Below, one piece after another: positions 42,098 through 51,535 of a stretch of DNA of 64,000 nt. The DNA is from Zwartia sp. (GTDB taxonomy: Bacteria; Pseudomonadota; Gammaproteobacteria; Burkholderiales; Burkholderiaceae_B). Under the pieces are notes generated by a model. The model made no database searches. It saw nothing but the letters and a program-made list of their open reading frames with translations, and was not told the origin of the DNA. The DNA is taken from positions 162,968 through 226,967 of the forward strand of contig NZ_JBASJR010000013.1 of NCBI RefSeq assembly GCF_049655405.1, written 5' to 3'. Position 1 is the first letter of the stretch. Each line of letters begins with the position of its first letter. The position numbers were made by a program, and so were the translations under genes.

Positions 42098-42855
42098 GGC
42101 TGAATTTTTGCTAATAGGCTACTGTTGAGAATCCCTTTTAACTCGGAGTAGGGCACCACTATTGTTGGCATCCCGAGTGCGTAAGGTCCTAACACGTAGT
42201 GACCAAAGGTCACTGCGATACCGTCTTGCATCAGTGCTGCATTGTCTGAAAACTGAAATGGCCACATTTTGCTGTATTCAGCTTTGTCTGTTTGAGCAAA
42301 CTCATTAGTCTCGAGCCATCTCACGTACTGTTTTTTTAGCGCCACCTCAAAGGCCTTCATACGGCCCCGCAACACCATATCATTGAGCGTCAAGATTCTG
42401 TCTGTTTTGGGGACCCAATTGACGTACTGCATGGTGGACATTCCATGCGCACCGCCTGAGTACAAGTAGCTCTGAAGTTCAATGACGATGACAGAGGGTG
42501 TGGCGCGCCTCACCTCGGCACCCAGTACGATTTCATATCGGTCTTCGGCTGTTTTCCAGAACTGCTTAGCCAAATCAGCAAAGTTGGTATTGCCACTGGT
42601 GTTGGCCTGACTGGGATCCACCTGCGCCAGCCCAAGCAAAGAACGATCTAAAAATGCATTAAAGCGTTCATGCCCCTCAAAACTCAGTTTTTTATACGTA
42701 ATCGAGGGACACAGCTCACCTTGGCAATCTGGCTTTTTGGCCACCAAACTCACCACCCGATAACGAGGAACCTCAGAGGCTACGCAAGACGCACCCCAGA
42801 TCATCATTAAGACCAGCGCACAGGCCCGTCCTTGTCTCAGTAGGCGCGACATCAT
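42094..42855 (-). CDS. Exported DUF3298/DUF4163-like protein (RsiV ectodomain-like fold)
   Basis: Signal peptide (ALVLMMIWGASCVAS). The YLYSGGAHGMST motif is characteristic of DUF3298 as I remember it. ATGA overlap with the gpx stop. Confidence 0.6.
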   Translation of the reverse strand: MMSRLLRQGRACALVLMMIWGASCVASEVPRYRVVSLVAKKPDCQGELCPSITYKKLSFEGHERFNAFLDRSLLGLAQVDPSQANTSGNTNFADLAKQFWKTAEDRYEIVLGAEVRRATPSVIVIELQSYLYSGGAHGMSTMQYVNWVPKTDRILTLNDMVLRGRMKAFEVALKKQYVRWLETNEFAQTDKAEYSKMWPFQFSDNAALMQDGIAVTFGHYVLGPYALGMPTIVVPYSELKGILNSSLLAKIQP

Positions 42856-43343
42856 GTGCCTTTTTGCAATAAAGTCGCTTCAATATCTGCTCTCAGCGCA
42901 TCCGGTGCGCTATTGGGAGCAAAACGTTTTAACACTGTGCCATCGCGCCCGACCAAAAATTTTGTAAAGTTCCATTTGATGGCCTCGGTTCCAAGTAATC
43001 CTGGGCGGCTATTTTTTAGCCACTGATAAAGAGGGTCAGCCTGGGCGCCATTGACATCAACTTTGGCAAACATCGGAAAGGTCACACCATAACTGAGCTC
43101 ACAAAAACTTTTGATTGACTCTTCATTACCAGGTTCTTGATGACCAAACTGATTGCAAGGAAACCCCATAACAACCAAACCTTGTTCAGAAAATTCTTGA
43201 TGTAATGCTTGTAACCCTTTGTATTGATTTGTAAAACCACACTTCGAGGCGACGTTCACGACCAATAAGACTTTTCCTTGATACGTGGATAACGGCAATG
43301 ATTCACCTGCAATCGTTTTTACACTGAGCTCAGGAAGAGACAT
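42852..43343 (-). CDS. Glutathione peroxidase (Cys-type)
   Basis: VVNVASKCGFT, FPCNQFGHQEPG and WNFTKFLV motifs. 163 aa from ATG 43343; the longer ORF-track call overlaps phr. Confidence 0.93.
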   Translation of the reverse strand: MSLPELSVKTIAGESLPLSTYQGKVLLVVNVASKCGFTNQYKGLQALHQEFSEQGLVVMGFPCNQFGHQEPGNEESIKSFCELSYGVTFPMFAKVDVNGAQADPLYQWLKNSRPGLLGTEAIKWNFTKFLVGRDGTVLKRFAPNSAPDALRADIEATLLQKGT

Positions 43344-43353
43344 GTTTTTTTCC

Positions 43354-44772
43354 TTATCGAAGTGAAGAAAATGCCTCAATCGCTCGCATACGACTGCTGC
43401 GTAAATCGACGATTTGTTGAGGATAGTTGAGGGCTTGGCGCGTAACGGGAGACGGGTCATGGATCTCACGGTTTGACACTGAGGCAAGCTCGGGACACCA
43501 ATGACGGATAAAAGCCCCCTCTGGATCAAACTTCTCAGACTGACTGACGGGATTAAAGACGCGAAAGTAGGGGGCCGAATCAGCGCCTGTTGAGGCACTC
43601 CATTGCCACCCACCGTTATTAGCCGCCAACTCACCGTCAATCAAATGCTGCATAAAAAACCGCTCACCTAGTCTCCAATCAATCAGCAAGTTTTTGGTCA
43701 AGTACATGGCAACCACCATTCGCAGGCGATTGTGCATCCAACCAGTCTGAACAAGCTGACGCATGGCGGCATCCACGATCGGCACACCCGTTTTGGCTTG
43801 GCACCAGGCCTCGAAATCTGTAGGGGCATCACGCCATTGCACGGCATTTGTCTCGGGCCTCATGGGTTGATGCATTGAAAGAGAGGGGTAACCATGCAAT
43901 AAATGCTGATAAAACTCTCTCCACAGCAACTCGTTCATCCAAGTCGTAATGCCCTCAAGGCCCGTACCAAGTTCTCCATGATTTAAGCGGAGGGCTTGTT
44001 GCCAGCACTGCGCGGCTGACACGAGTCCTGCAGCAAGATAGGGGGACAACGTACTGGTTCCCGCAATCGCAGGAAAATCCCTATCTCGCTTGTAATGCGT
44101 CATGCGCTCATTCGAAAACTTTTCCAGGCGCTCAAGTGCAACATGTTCACTCGCAGGCCAGCCAGCCCGAATCGCAGCAGAAGATTGAGACCAGCCTGGC
44201 AAACTGTCCGGCACCTCATCACTTGCCAGCGTTGAATTTTTTAATTGAGACGCTGGAGCAGGCAAGGGGTGATACGGCGCTGTTCGAAGCTTTTCACGAC
44301 AGGCTTTGGAAAAGGGCGTAAAGACACGGTAATAATTGTCCGATCCGGTCCTGACAGTGCCCGGCACTAGCAAAGTACCGCCGTGATGTCCTTGCATTGA
44401 AACGGCATGCTCAGCCAACAGTGCATATGACGCACGATCACGGCGCCGCTCATTGACGCCAAATTCTCGATTGCAATGCACCTCCGTTACCCCGTGCTTT
44501 TGACAAAATGACAGCAAAGCTTGTGGGACATCGGCCCAACGCGGAACATTGAGTATTTTGAGCGGAACGTTGAGTTGTTTGAGTGAGGCAGAGAGTTCAC
44601 GCAAGGCACGCAACCAAAAATCGACCTTGTGCGGGGAGTCTGCATGTTCAGCCCATTGCTCTGGCGAGATGATAAAGAGCCCGATTGCCTCTCCTCCAGC
44701 CATTGCTGCCGTGAGGGCAGGTTGATCTCTCAATCGTAAATCCGTACGAAACCAACATAGTGTTGTCATCAA
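43354..44772 (-). CDS. phrB: Deoxyribodipyrimidine photolyase
   Basis: LCWFRTDLRLRDQPAL N-terminus and FAD-binding block TGVPIVDAAMRQLVQTGWMHNRLRMVVAMYL...GGWQW. Confidence 0.93.
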   Translation of the reverse strand: MMTTLCWFRTDLRLRDQPALTAAMAGGEAIGLFIISPEQWAEHADSPHKVDFWLRALRELSASLKQLNVPLKILNVPRWADVPQALLSFCQKHGVTEVHCNREFGVNERRRDRASYALLAEHAVSMQGHHGGTLLVPGTVRTGSDNYYRVFTPFSKACREKLRTAPYHPLPAPASQLKNSTLASDEVPDSLPGWSQSSAAIRAGWPASEHVALERLEKFSNERMTHYKRDRDFPAIAGTSTLSPYLAAGLVSAAQCWQQALRLNHGELGTGLEGITTWMNELLWREFYQHLLHGYPSLSMHQPMRPETNAVQWRDAPTDFEAWCQAKTGVPIVDAAMRQLVQTGWMHNRLRMVVAMYLTKNLLIDWRLGERFFMQHLIDGELAANNGGWQWSASTGADSAPYFRVFNPVSQSEKFDPEGAFIRHWCPELASVSNREIHDPSPVTRQALNYPQQIVDLRSSRMRAIEAFSSLR

Positions 44773-44775
44773 AAA

Positions 44776-45312
44776 TTACCGTTCATGCCAGCGTTTAACT
44801 GCTGCAAGCGTACTGCTCACATGCTGATCAGGGTTTAAGCTGCTGTGTACAAAATAGATTTTAGAGTCCGGTGTGACCACATAGGAAATCCGACTCGCCA
44901 TGCTAGAGGTAAAAAACATTGTGGCGTCATACGCACGCATGATCGAATGATTGGCGTCCGACGCCACCGCGAATTTGCCTCCACACGGCCCCAGAGAAAA
45001 ACGCTCAAGCGTTGCGATATCATCGCCGGAGACACCTACCACCGTCGCGCCGTACTTAGAAAACTCTCCAGCAGCCTCCGCAAATAAATTGGCCTCGATT
45101 GAACAGCCACTGGTGAAGGCCTTGGGGTAAAAGTAAACGACCACCGGCCCCTTTTTAAGTGATTCAACCAGTGAGAACTGGTACGGCTTTCCTGCCAGTG
45201 CCGCATCCGCGGTGAACGCAGGTGCGTCTTGGCCTGCTTTAAGTTGAGCGTGTGCGGTTCCCAACATTAAATAAAGTACCAACCCGCTGATAAAGTGAAA
45301 ATACTTAAACAT
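44776..45312 (-). CDS. Exported peroxiredoxin (AhpC/TSA, Bcp-like)
   Basis: Signal peptide (ISGLVLYLMLGTAHA), then PAFTADA...VVVYFYPKAFTSGCSIE with peroxidatic Cys. ATG 45312 chosen. Stop lies 3 nt before the phr start. Confidence 0.8.
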   Translation of the reverse strand: MFKYFHFISGLVLYLMLGTAHAQLKAGQDAPAFTADAALAGKPYQFSLVESLKKGPVVVYFYPKAFTSGCSIEANLFAEAAGEFSKYGATVVGVSGDDIATLERFSLGPCGGKFAVASDANHSIMRAYDATMFFTSSMASRISYVVTPDSKIYFVHSSLNPDQHVSSTLAAVKRWHER

Positions 45313-45403
45313 AGGCGGAAGCGATCCAAAGAAGTATAAAAAAAAAGCGTACAGTAGAGGTAAGATCAGTGGGCTTAATATACAACTCGCAGCGAGGGAT
45401 CTC

Positions 45404-45760
45404 ATGGCTAAACCATACGAAAAATCCTTGATTATGACGTTATCTGGCTTGATGTTATTGGCTGGCATGGTTGCGGGTCGGGACAGCTATGCACAACGCG
45501 TGATTCCACTGCCTCCACCTCCGCCGATTATTTGGCCCGATGAGCGTTCGGCCGACCCAGCGCGCTGGACTCAAGAAGACGTCACACCAGAGCAAAAGTT
45601 TGATACGGCACGTAAAGAAGCCGTGGCTGCCCAACAAATCGCGTTAGACCACTGCAAGTCACTGCCAATCTCAGACCAAGCCTTATGTCTGGCTCAGACC
45701 AAGTTAGAGTTTGAGAAAGAGATGGCGGATATCAAAATGAAATTCGGGATCACCCGGTAG
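45404..45760 (+). CDS. Hypothetical small exported protein (polyproline, two Cys)
   Basis: Hydrophobic N-terminus (LSGLMLLAGMVAG), PLPPPPP run, helical C-terminal part with two Cys (DHCKSL...ALCLAQ). No family recognised. Start uncertain (45404 or 45434). Confidence 0.4.
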   Translation: MAKPYEKSLIMTLSGLMLLAGMVAGRDSYAQRVIPLPPPPPIIWPDERSADPARWTQEDVTPEQKFDTARKEAVAAQQIALDHCKSLPISDQALCLAQTKLEFEKEMADIKMKFGITR

Positions 45761-45804
45761 TTCGCTGCAGGGCTTTTGCAGCCACCCGTGCCATCCTGCA
45801 AACT

Positions 45805-46209
45805 TTAATTCATGCGACCCCGTGCACCACCCACGCTAAAGCGACCCGCACCCAGAAACGCAATCGCAAGAGCACCAAACAAATACAGTCCTTGGAGCTC
45901 TAACAACCATCCACCCGATTTTGTGAGGTGAAAAAGCTGATGACTGTGTGCTAAATAAACAGCAATCAGCATATTCAGCACAATCACCACAGCGCTCGCG
46001 CGTGTTAGTAGACCCAAGATGAGGAGGGCGGGAGCAATAATCTCACCGATGAACACCCCATAGGCCATCCACACTGGCCAGCCATTGGCTTGGACCAAGG
46101 CAGAAATGCCTGCGATCCCGTGCATTAACTTAAACAAGCCATGCATCAACAACAAAATTCCTACAGACAAGCGCAAGACCAGTTTGCCAATGTCATCATA
46201 GTGGTTCAT
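45805..46209 (-). CDS. DoxX-family inner membrane protein
   Basis: 134 aa, four TM helices, N-terminal D.GKLVLRLSVGILLLMHGLFK typical of DoxX. Confidence 0.75.
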   Translation of the reverse strand: MNHYDDIGKLVLRLSVGILLLMHGLFKLMHGIAGISALVQANGWPVWMAYGVFIGEIIAPALLILGLLTRASAVVIVLNMLIAVYLAHSHQLFHLTKSGGWLLELQGLYLFGALAIAFLGAGRFSVGGARGRMN

Positions 46210-46350
46210 TTAAACTCCTAATATTGTTGCTGCAGTCAAGCGCATCTTAACTGGCGATTCGGTATTATCGCTAATGTATAAGCTTTTCGATGATCGTATC
46301 GCAAGAGACAATTTTAAAAAATATTGACTGACATTAGACCCGGAGAAAGA

Positions 46351-47151
46351 ATGAGCGAAGCCGTCACATACGAACAAGTTGGTGGTGTTGTCACACTCAC
46401 CCTCAATGAGCCCGATACCCGCAATGCCTTGTCACCTGCCATCATCGATGCGATTGTCGGCTATGTCGCACGCATCAATGCGGATCTGACGGTTGGCTGT
46501 GTCATCCTCACGGGTGCAGGCGAGGGCTTCTCTTCCGGTGGAAACGTCAAACGCATGCAGGATCGCAATACCGCAGCGGTCCAGAAAGCGCCTGTTGATA
46601 TTCGTGCCTATTACACCACTGGCATCCAACGCATTCCACTGGCACTTCATACACTGGATGCTCCGATTATTGCTGCGGTCAATGGTGCAGCAATCGGCGC
46701 TGGATGCGACTTGGCCTCAATGTGCGATATCCGCATCGCGGGCCGCAGCGCAAAATTTGGCGAGAGTTTTGCGAGAATGGGCTTGGTCTCCGGAGATGGT
46801 GGCGCTTGGTTTTTACCCAAAGCAGTTGGATTATCCAAGGCCTATGAAATGACTTTCACGGGCGATTTTGTCGACGCAGAGGAGGCCGCTCGAATCGGTT
46901 TGGTCTCTAAAGTCGTGGACGATGCAGCGTTGCTGGACGAGGCACGCGCAATGGCCCAACGGATTGCCGCACATCCTGTCCACTCGATTCGGATGAGCAA
47001 ACGTCTGATTCGCGACTCGAACCAAGTCAGCTTACCGATTGCGCTGGACATGGCTGCAGCTTCGCAGGCGCTGGTGCAAACGACACATGATCATAAAGAA
47101 GCGGTCCAGGCTTTTGCTGAGAAACGAAAACCTAAGTTTGAAGGTCGCTAG
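46351..47151 (+). CDS. Enoyl-CoA hydratase/isomerase (crotonase) family protein
   Basis: VILTGAGEGFSSGGN and AAVNGAAIGAGCDLASMCDIRIA oxyanion-hole motifs. GGAGAAAGA SD before ATG 46351. Confidence 0.88.
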   Translation: MSEAVTYEQVGGVVTLTLNEPDTRNALSPAIIDAIVGYVARINADLTVGCVILTGAGEGFSSGGNVKRMQDRNTAAVQKAPVDIRAYYTTGIQRIPLALHTLDAPIIAAVNGAAIGAGCDLASMCDIRIAGRSAKFGESFARMGLVSGDGGAWFLPKAVGLSKAYEMTFTGDFVDAEEAARIGLVSKVVDDAALLDEARAMAQRIAAHPVHSIRMSKRLIRDSNQVSLPIALDMAAASQALVQTTHDHKEAVQAFAEKRKPKFEGR

Positions 47152-47231
47152 ACTGAACCAGAAAATGAGAGCGAAGCAGGGGACTTAAACTCTGTATGAT
47201 AGGCCTAGATCATGGATCGCGAGGTGGTTAA

Positions 47232-48590
47232 ATGAAACTCACATTTCTTGGTGCGGCCAGTACTGTCACAGGCTCAAAAACATTATTGAGCACGGACAAG
47301 CAACAGGTTTTAATCGATTGCGGTTTGTTTCAAGGGTATAAAAACCTGCGCGCGCTCAACTGGACAGCGTTTCCCTTTGACGCTCAAAACATTGATGCGG
47401 TGGTGCTGACGCACGCCCATTTAGATCATTCAGGTGCCTTGCCTTTGCTCGTGAACCAGGGCTTTCGAGGCGCAATATACGCCACACCGTCGACCATCGA
47501 CATGTGTCAGATTTTGCTTCTAGACAGCGCAAAGCTACAACAAGAAGAAGCAGATTTCGCCAATCGTCACCACACCACACAACATCCAGTGGCGCTCCCT
47601 CTTTATACCGTTGCAGACGTCAGACAAACACTCCGTCTGTTTAAACCACTCGAGTTTGATCGGGCACTTGAGGTATGCAAAGGGATTTCTGTACGCCTCC
47701 GTCCTGCAGGCCATATTTTGGGCGCGAGTTCAGCAGAAATCACCGCCGAGGGCAAAACAGTATTATTTTCAGGTGACTTAGGTCGCCCAAACGATCCCAT
47801 CATGCATCCGCCTGCACCTATCGAGCGTGCCGACTATGTTGTCATGGAGTCTACCTACGGTAATCGAACCCACGGGTCCGATGATGCGCAGGCGCAGCTA
47901 GGAGAAGTCATCAGGAGGACGGCTGAGCGTGGAGGTATTGTGGTGATCCCATCTTTTGCTGTTGGACGTGCGCAGGAAATCCTGTTGGCCATCTACAAGC
48001 TCAAAATCGACAAGTTGATCCCGAACTTGCCGATTTACCTAGATAGCCCAATGGCGATCAATACCACCGCACTCTATCAAAAGCACTGCAAAGAGCATCG
48101 CTTAGTCGGGCGTGAATGTGCTGGCATGGCCACAGTGGCCAAGATGGTTAAAACCCAAGAACAGTCTCGCGCACTTAGTGCAGTACGTTATCCCTCAGTC
48201 ATTGTTTCTGCCAGTGGTATGGCGACTGGCGGACGGGTATTGCATCACCTCAAAACCTTTGCCTCTGACCATCGCAACACAATCGTATTTGCGGGATTCC
48301 AAGCGGGCGGTACGCGAGGTGCAAGAATCGTTGCAGGTGAAAAGTCTGTCCGTATTTTTGGTGAAGATGTGCCGATTCATGCAGAAGTCGTTTCCTTAGA
48401 CGGCATGTCAGCCCATGCGGACGCTCACGAATTGATGACTTGGCTAAAAACGATCAAACGCGCGCCTAAGACTGTCTTTTTAAATCACGGAGAACCTGAG
48501 GCGGCAGACGCACTTCGTTTAGAGATCAAACACAGCTTGGGTTGGTCTGCAATGGTGCCGTTATTAGGTCAACAAGTTGAGTTGAAGTAA
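47232..48590 (+). CDS. MBL-fold beta-CASP family nuclease/hydrolase
   Basis: HAHLDHSG metallo-beta-lactamase motif, ESTYG, and C-terminal SAHAD (beta-CASP motif C region). 452 aa. Confidence 0.85.
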   Translation: MKLTFLGAASTVTGSKTLLSTDKQQVLIDCGLFQGYKNLRALNWTAFPFDAQNIDAVVLTHAHLDHSGALPLLVNQGFRGAIYATPSTIDMCQILLLDSAKLQQEEADFANRHHTTQHPVALPLYTVADVRQTLRLFKPLEFDRALEVCKGISVRLRPAGHILGASSAEITAEGKTVLFSGDLGRPNDPIMHPPAPIERADYVVMESTYGNRTHGSDDAQAQLGEVIRRTAERGGIVVIPSFAVGRAQEILLAIYKLKIDKLIPNLPIYLDSPMAINTTALYQKHCKEHRLVGRECAGMATVAKMVKTQEQSRALSAVRYPSVIVSASGMATGGRVLHHLKTFASDHRNTIVFAGFQAGGTRGARIVAGEKSVRIFGEDVPIHAEVVSLDGMSAHADAHELMTWLKTIKRAPKTVFLNHGEPEAADALRLEIKHSLGWSAMVPLLGQQVELK

Positions 48591-48663
48591 AGGGTTTTGG
48601 ATCATTTGATCCATGCGTAATTGCCGCATAATGTATATTATGTAAAGTAAAGGATTCGAGTTC

Positions 48664-49647
48664 ATGAAGGTATGTATTTATGGTGCGGGTGCTGTGGGTG
48701 GACATCTCGCTGCCCGGCTATCGGCCGCAGGACAACACGAAATCTCAGTCATTGCACGTGGCCCGCAGTTAGAGGCCATCAAACAACGCGGCCTGACAGT
48801 CTCACGCGGCGATGAAGTCCATTCAGGTCGCCCTGATCATGCAACCGATGATCCACGCTCGCTCGCTGCGCAAGATATTGTGATCGTGACCCTTAAGGCC
48901 CAAGCCTTGCCGGATGCAGCAGCATCGATCGAATCTTTGCTCGCACCTGATGGCGTGGCAGTCTTTGCAACCAATGGCATTCCTTGGTGGTGGCATAAAG
49001 GGATCGACGTCCCACAAACTCCCCTTTTCCCGCTTGATCCAAACGGTGAACTTTGGAATCGACTTAAAGATAGAAGTTTGGGTTGCGTGATTTATTCGCC
49101 CAATGAAGTGATCGAGCCGGGCGTGATTCGCAGCGCACTCAAAGATCGCTGGATGCTTGGTGAACCTGATGGATCGGAGTCCGAACGCCTCAAACGTGTT
49201 GAAGATATTTTTCAATCAGCCGGGATTCGAGGGGTGGCCACGACCGATCTCCGTTACGAGATTTGGTACAAATTGTTAATCAATTGCGGTTTGAATCCAG
49301 TGGCTGCTCTAACTCGCCTGCCCACTCCACTGATGAATAAAAATCCTCACATCATCGCGCTCAGAAAAGCCGTGATGCTAGAGGTCACAGATATCGCCTT
49401 AGCTTGTGGCACCGATCTGCGCGGAAAAATCGATCTCGATGAACTCTGCACGCCCACTAAGCGCTCAGGCTCAAATCGTGCTTCGATGCTGCAGGACGTC
49501 CTGGCGGGACGATCACTCGAACATGAGGCAATATTGGGTATTGCGGTGGTCTTAGCTAAAGAACAAGGCGTTTCAGCGCCGCGTTGTGAACTGATGCTCG
49601 GGTTAATGCGTGGGCTTTCCGAGTCAATGCAGCAACCCGCAACTTAA
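48664..49647 (+). CDS. 2-dehydropantoate 2-reductase family oxidoreductase (PanE/ApbA)
   Basis: KVCIYGAGAVGGHLAARL Rossmann start; NRASMLQD in the ketopantoate reductase C-domain. Confidence 0.8.
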   Translation: MKVCIYGAGAVGGHLAARLSAAGQHEISVIARGPQLEAIKQRGLTVSRGDEVHSGRPDHATDDPRSLAAQDIVIVTLKAQALPDAAASIESLLAPDGVAVFATNGIPWWWHKGIDVPQTPLFPLDPNGELWNRLKDRSLGCVIYSPNEVIEPGVIRSALKDRWMLGEPDGSESERLKRVEDIFQSAGIRGVATTDLRYEIWYKLLINCGLNPVAALTRLPTPLMNKNPHIIALRKAVMLEVTDIALACGTDLRGKIDLDELCTPTKRSGSNRASMLQDVLAGRSLEHEAILGIAVVLAKEQGVSAPRCELMLGLMRGLSESMQQPAT

Positions 49648-49650
49648 ACA

Positions 49651-50739
49651 TTATTTTTTCAACTCATGCGAACGGTCACGCCAGATCTGAAGCGATACAA
49701 AAGCCAACGCAAGAATAACAGGCCCTAAAAATAAACCCATGGCACCAAAGACCAGTACACCACCAATCAGTGCGATGAGTAATGGTACGGTGTGGAGTCT
49801 TAGATATTTACCAACAACGATCGGATAGAGAAAATTATCCGCCAAGCCGACAATCGTCACCCCCCAGGCGAGCAACAGAACCCCCTCGCCCAACTCGCCA
49901 TTCAGCATCAAAAGCAAAGCCGCCGGTCCCCATACAATAGGAGGACCAAGCAGTGGAATAATTGACATTAGGCCCATCACAACAGCCCAAAACCAAGCTG
50001 CGGGAATATCAAGCCACCAGAACATTGCACCACCCAACACGCCCTGAACAATCCCGACAAGAACCTTTCCATAAACAGTCGCGTAAATTGTGTCACTCAC
50101 GACACCAAAAACGCGACCTGTTTCGGTTGGCGTCATTGGCAATAAGCCGCGAATGCTTACAAGCAAAGTATCTCTGTCTCTCAAGAAATAAAAAAGAAAC
50201 AAAAAGGTCATCAAGAACTCAACAATCCGGGCAACAGAGGCCTTGACTGCAAACGTACTGAGCGTCGTTAAGGCCGAGCCGGCTCGCTGTAAAACATCAC
50301 CAATATCCAATCTTTGACGCAACCAATCCCACGTTGTCGCAATCCACACGTGATTTGCAAATGCTTGATCCCAAGCACCAGATTCAATTTGCGCGCGAAT
50401 TAACTTGTACCCATTGAAGGCCTCCTCAATTGCGCCAGGAATCACCACCGCAGAGGGAATAATGACCACCAATGCTATCACCGTACAAGACAAAGTCGCT
50501 GCTAAAGTAGAATAAGGAACCCAATGGCAGATCTTGCGATGAAGGGGCCAGCCCAAAATGGCAAATGCTGCGGCCCAAGCTAATGAGGCGATAAAAGGCT
50601 TTGCAATAAAATAGCAAAGCAGCAGCGCTAAAATCGTCAGCGAAAGTAACGCTAGATTTGTCAGTCCAAGTTGCGAGCCAAACTCCGCTTTAGATGAGGT
50701 CTCAGTCAGGCGATCTCGGGTGGAGTCGGATTTCTTCAT
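49651..50739 (-). CDS. AI-2E family transporter (PerM/UPF0118)
   Basis: 362 aa with about 8 TM helices; layout and conserved IPLLGP / GLFLGPVILA segments typical of the family. ATGA overlap with the upstream aldolase. Confidence 0.85.
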   Translation of the reverse strand: MKKSDSTRDRLTETSSKAEFGSQLGLTNLALLSLTILALLLCYFIAKPFIASLAWAAAFAILGWPLHRKICHWVPYSTLAATLSCTVIALVVIIPSAVVIPGAIEEAFNGYKLIRAQIESGAWDQAFANHVWIATTWDWLRQRLDIGDVLQRAGSALTTLSTFAVKASVARIVEFLMTFLFLFYFLRDRDTLLVSIRGLLPMTPTETGRVFGVVSDTIYATVYGKVLVGIVQGVLGGAMFWWLDIPAAWFWAVVMGLMSIIPLLGPPIVWGPAALLLMLNGELGEGVLLLAWGVTIVGLADNFLYPIVVGKYLRLHTVPLLIALIGGVLVFGAMGLFLGPVILALAFVSLQIWRDRSHELKK

Positions 50740-51506
50740 CGATGTTTAAAAGCTTCACGCAACTCTCGCACACCCATTGCTAGCACGCGCGCATCAACAC
50801 CCACAGCGACAAACGTACAACCGAGGTTGAGATAGTGCTGTGCCAAGACGCGATCCGGCGTCAAAATGCCAGCTGCTTTGCCGTGCTTAAGGATTGTTGC
50901 AATCCCTTTTTCAATCGTCGCGACAACCTCAGGATGACCAGGATTGCCGAGATGTCCCAGTGCAGCTGAAATGTCAGACGGTCCGAGAAACACCCCATCA
51001 ACGCCCTCCACTGCACAAATCTCGTCCAGATTGCTCAGGCCAGTTTTTGTCTCAGCCTGAACGAGTAAACAAATCTCATCGTTGGCGACCTTGACGTAAT
51101 CCTTGCGTGAGTCCCAACGCGACACACGCGCAGAGCCATACCCCACGCCACGGATGCCATGAGGCGGATAGCGCACCGCTTGAACAAGCTCGCGCGCTTG
51201 CTCAGCGGTATCGACCATCGGGATCAGTAGGTTTTGAACACCCAAATCCAACAACTGTTTAATCAAATGTGTCTGACCAATCGGCGGACGCGCAACAACC
51301 TGAGTGTTATAAGCCGCACAAGCTTGCAACTGACTGAGAATTGTCAGCGGGTCTGTTGGAGTGTGCTCACCATCGAGCAACATCCAGTCAAACTCCGCCG
51401 TCGCGCAAATCTCGGTCGCAAAAGCGTCGGGAAGCGACACCCATAAGCCGATGTTTGCCTCCCCTGCTTTCAGAGATTGTTTAAACCGATTGGTGTAATC
51501 AGGCAT
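50736..51506 (-). CDS. HpcH/HpaI-family 2-keto-3-deoxy-acid aldolase
   Basis: FDWMLLDGEHTP, VVARPP, IPMVDTAEQA and GVDGVFLGPSDIS motifs of class II HpcH/HpaI aldolases. Confidence 0.88.
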   Translation of the reverse strand: MPDYTNRFKQSLKAGEANIGLWVSLPDAFATEICATAEFDWMLLDGEHTPTDPLTILSQLQACAAYNTQVVARPPIGQTHLIKQLLDLGVQNLLIPMVDTAEQARELVQAVRYPPHGIRGVGYGSARVSRWDSRKDYVKVANDEICLLVQAETKTGLSNLDEICAVEGVDGVFLGPSDISAALGHLGNPGHPEVVATIEKGIATILKHGKAAGILTPDRVLAQHYLNLGCTFVAVGVDARVLAMGVRELREAFKHR

Positions 51507-51535
51507 CTGATCCTCTCACTTAGTCAAACGCTCGA

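Noticed and set aside
42852-43343. Possible selenocysteine in the glutathione peroxidase active site
   Set aside because: The active-site residue is translated as Cys in an uninterrupted ORF (VASKCGFT). There is no in-frame TGA.
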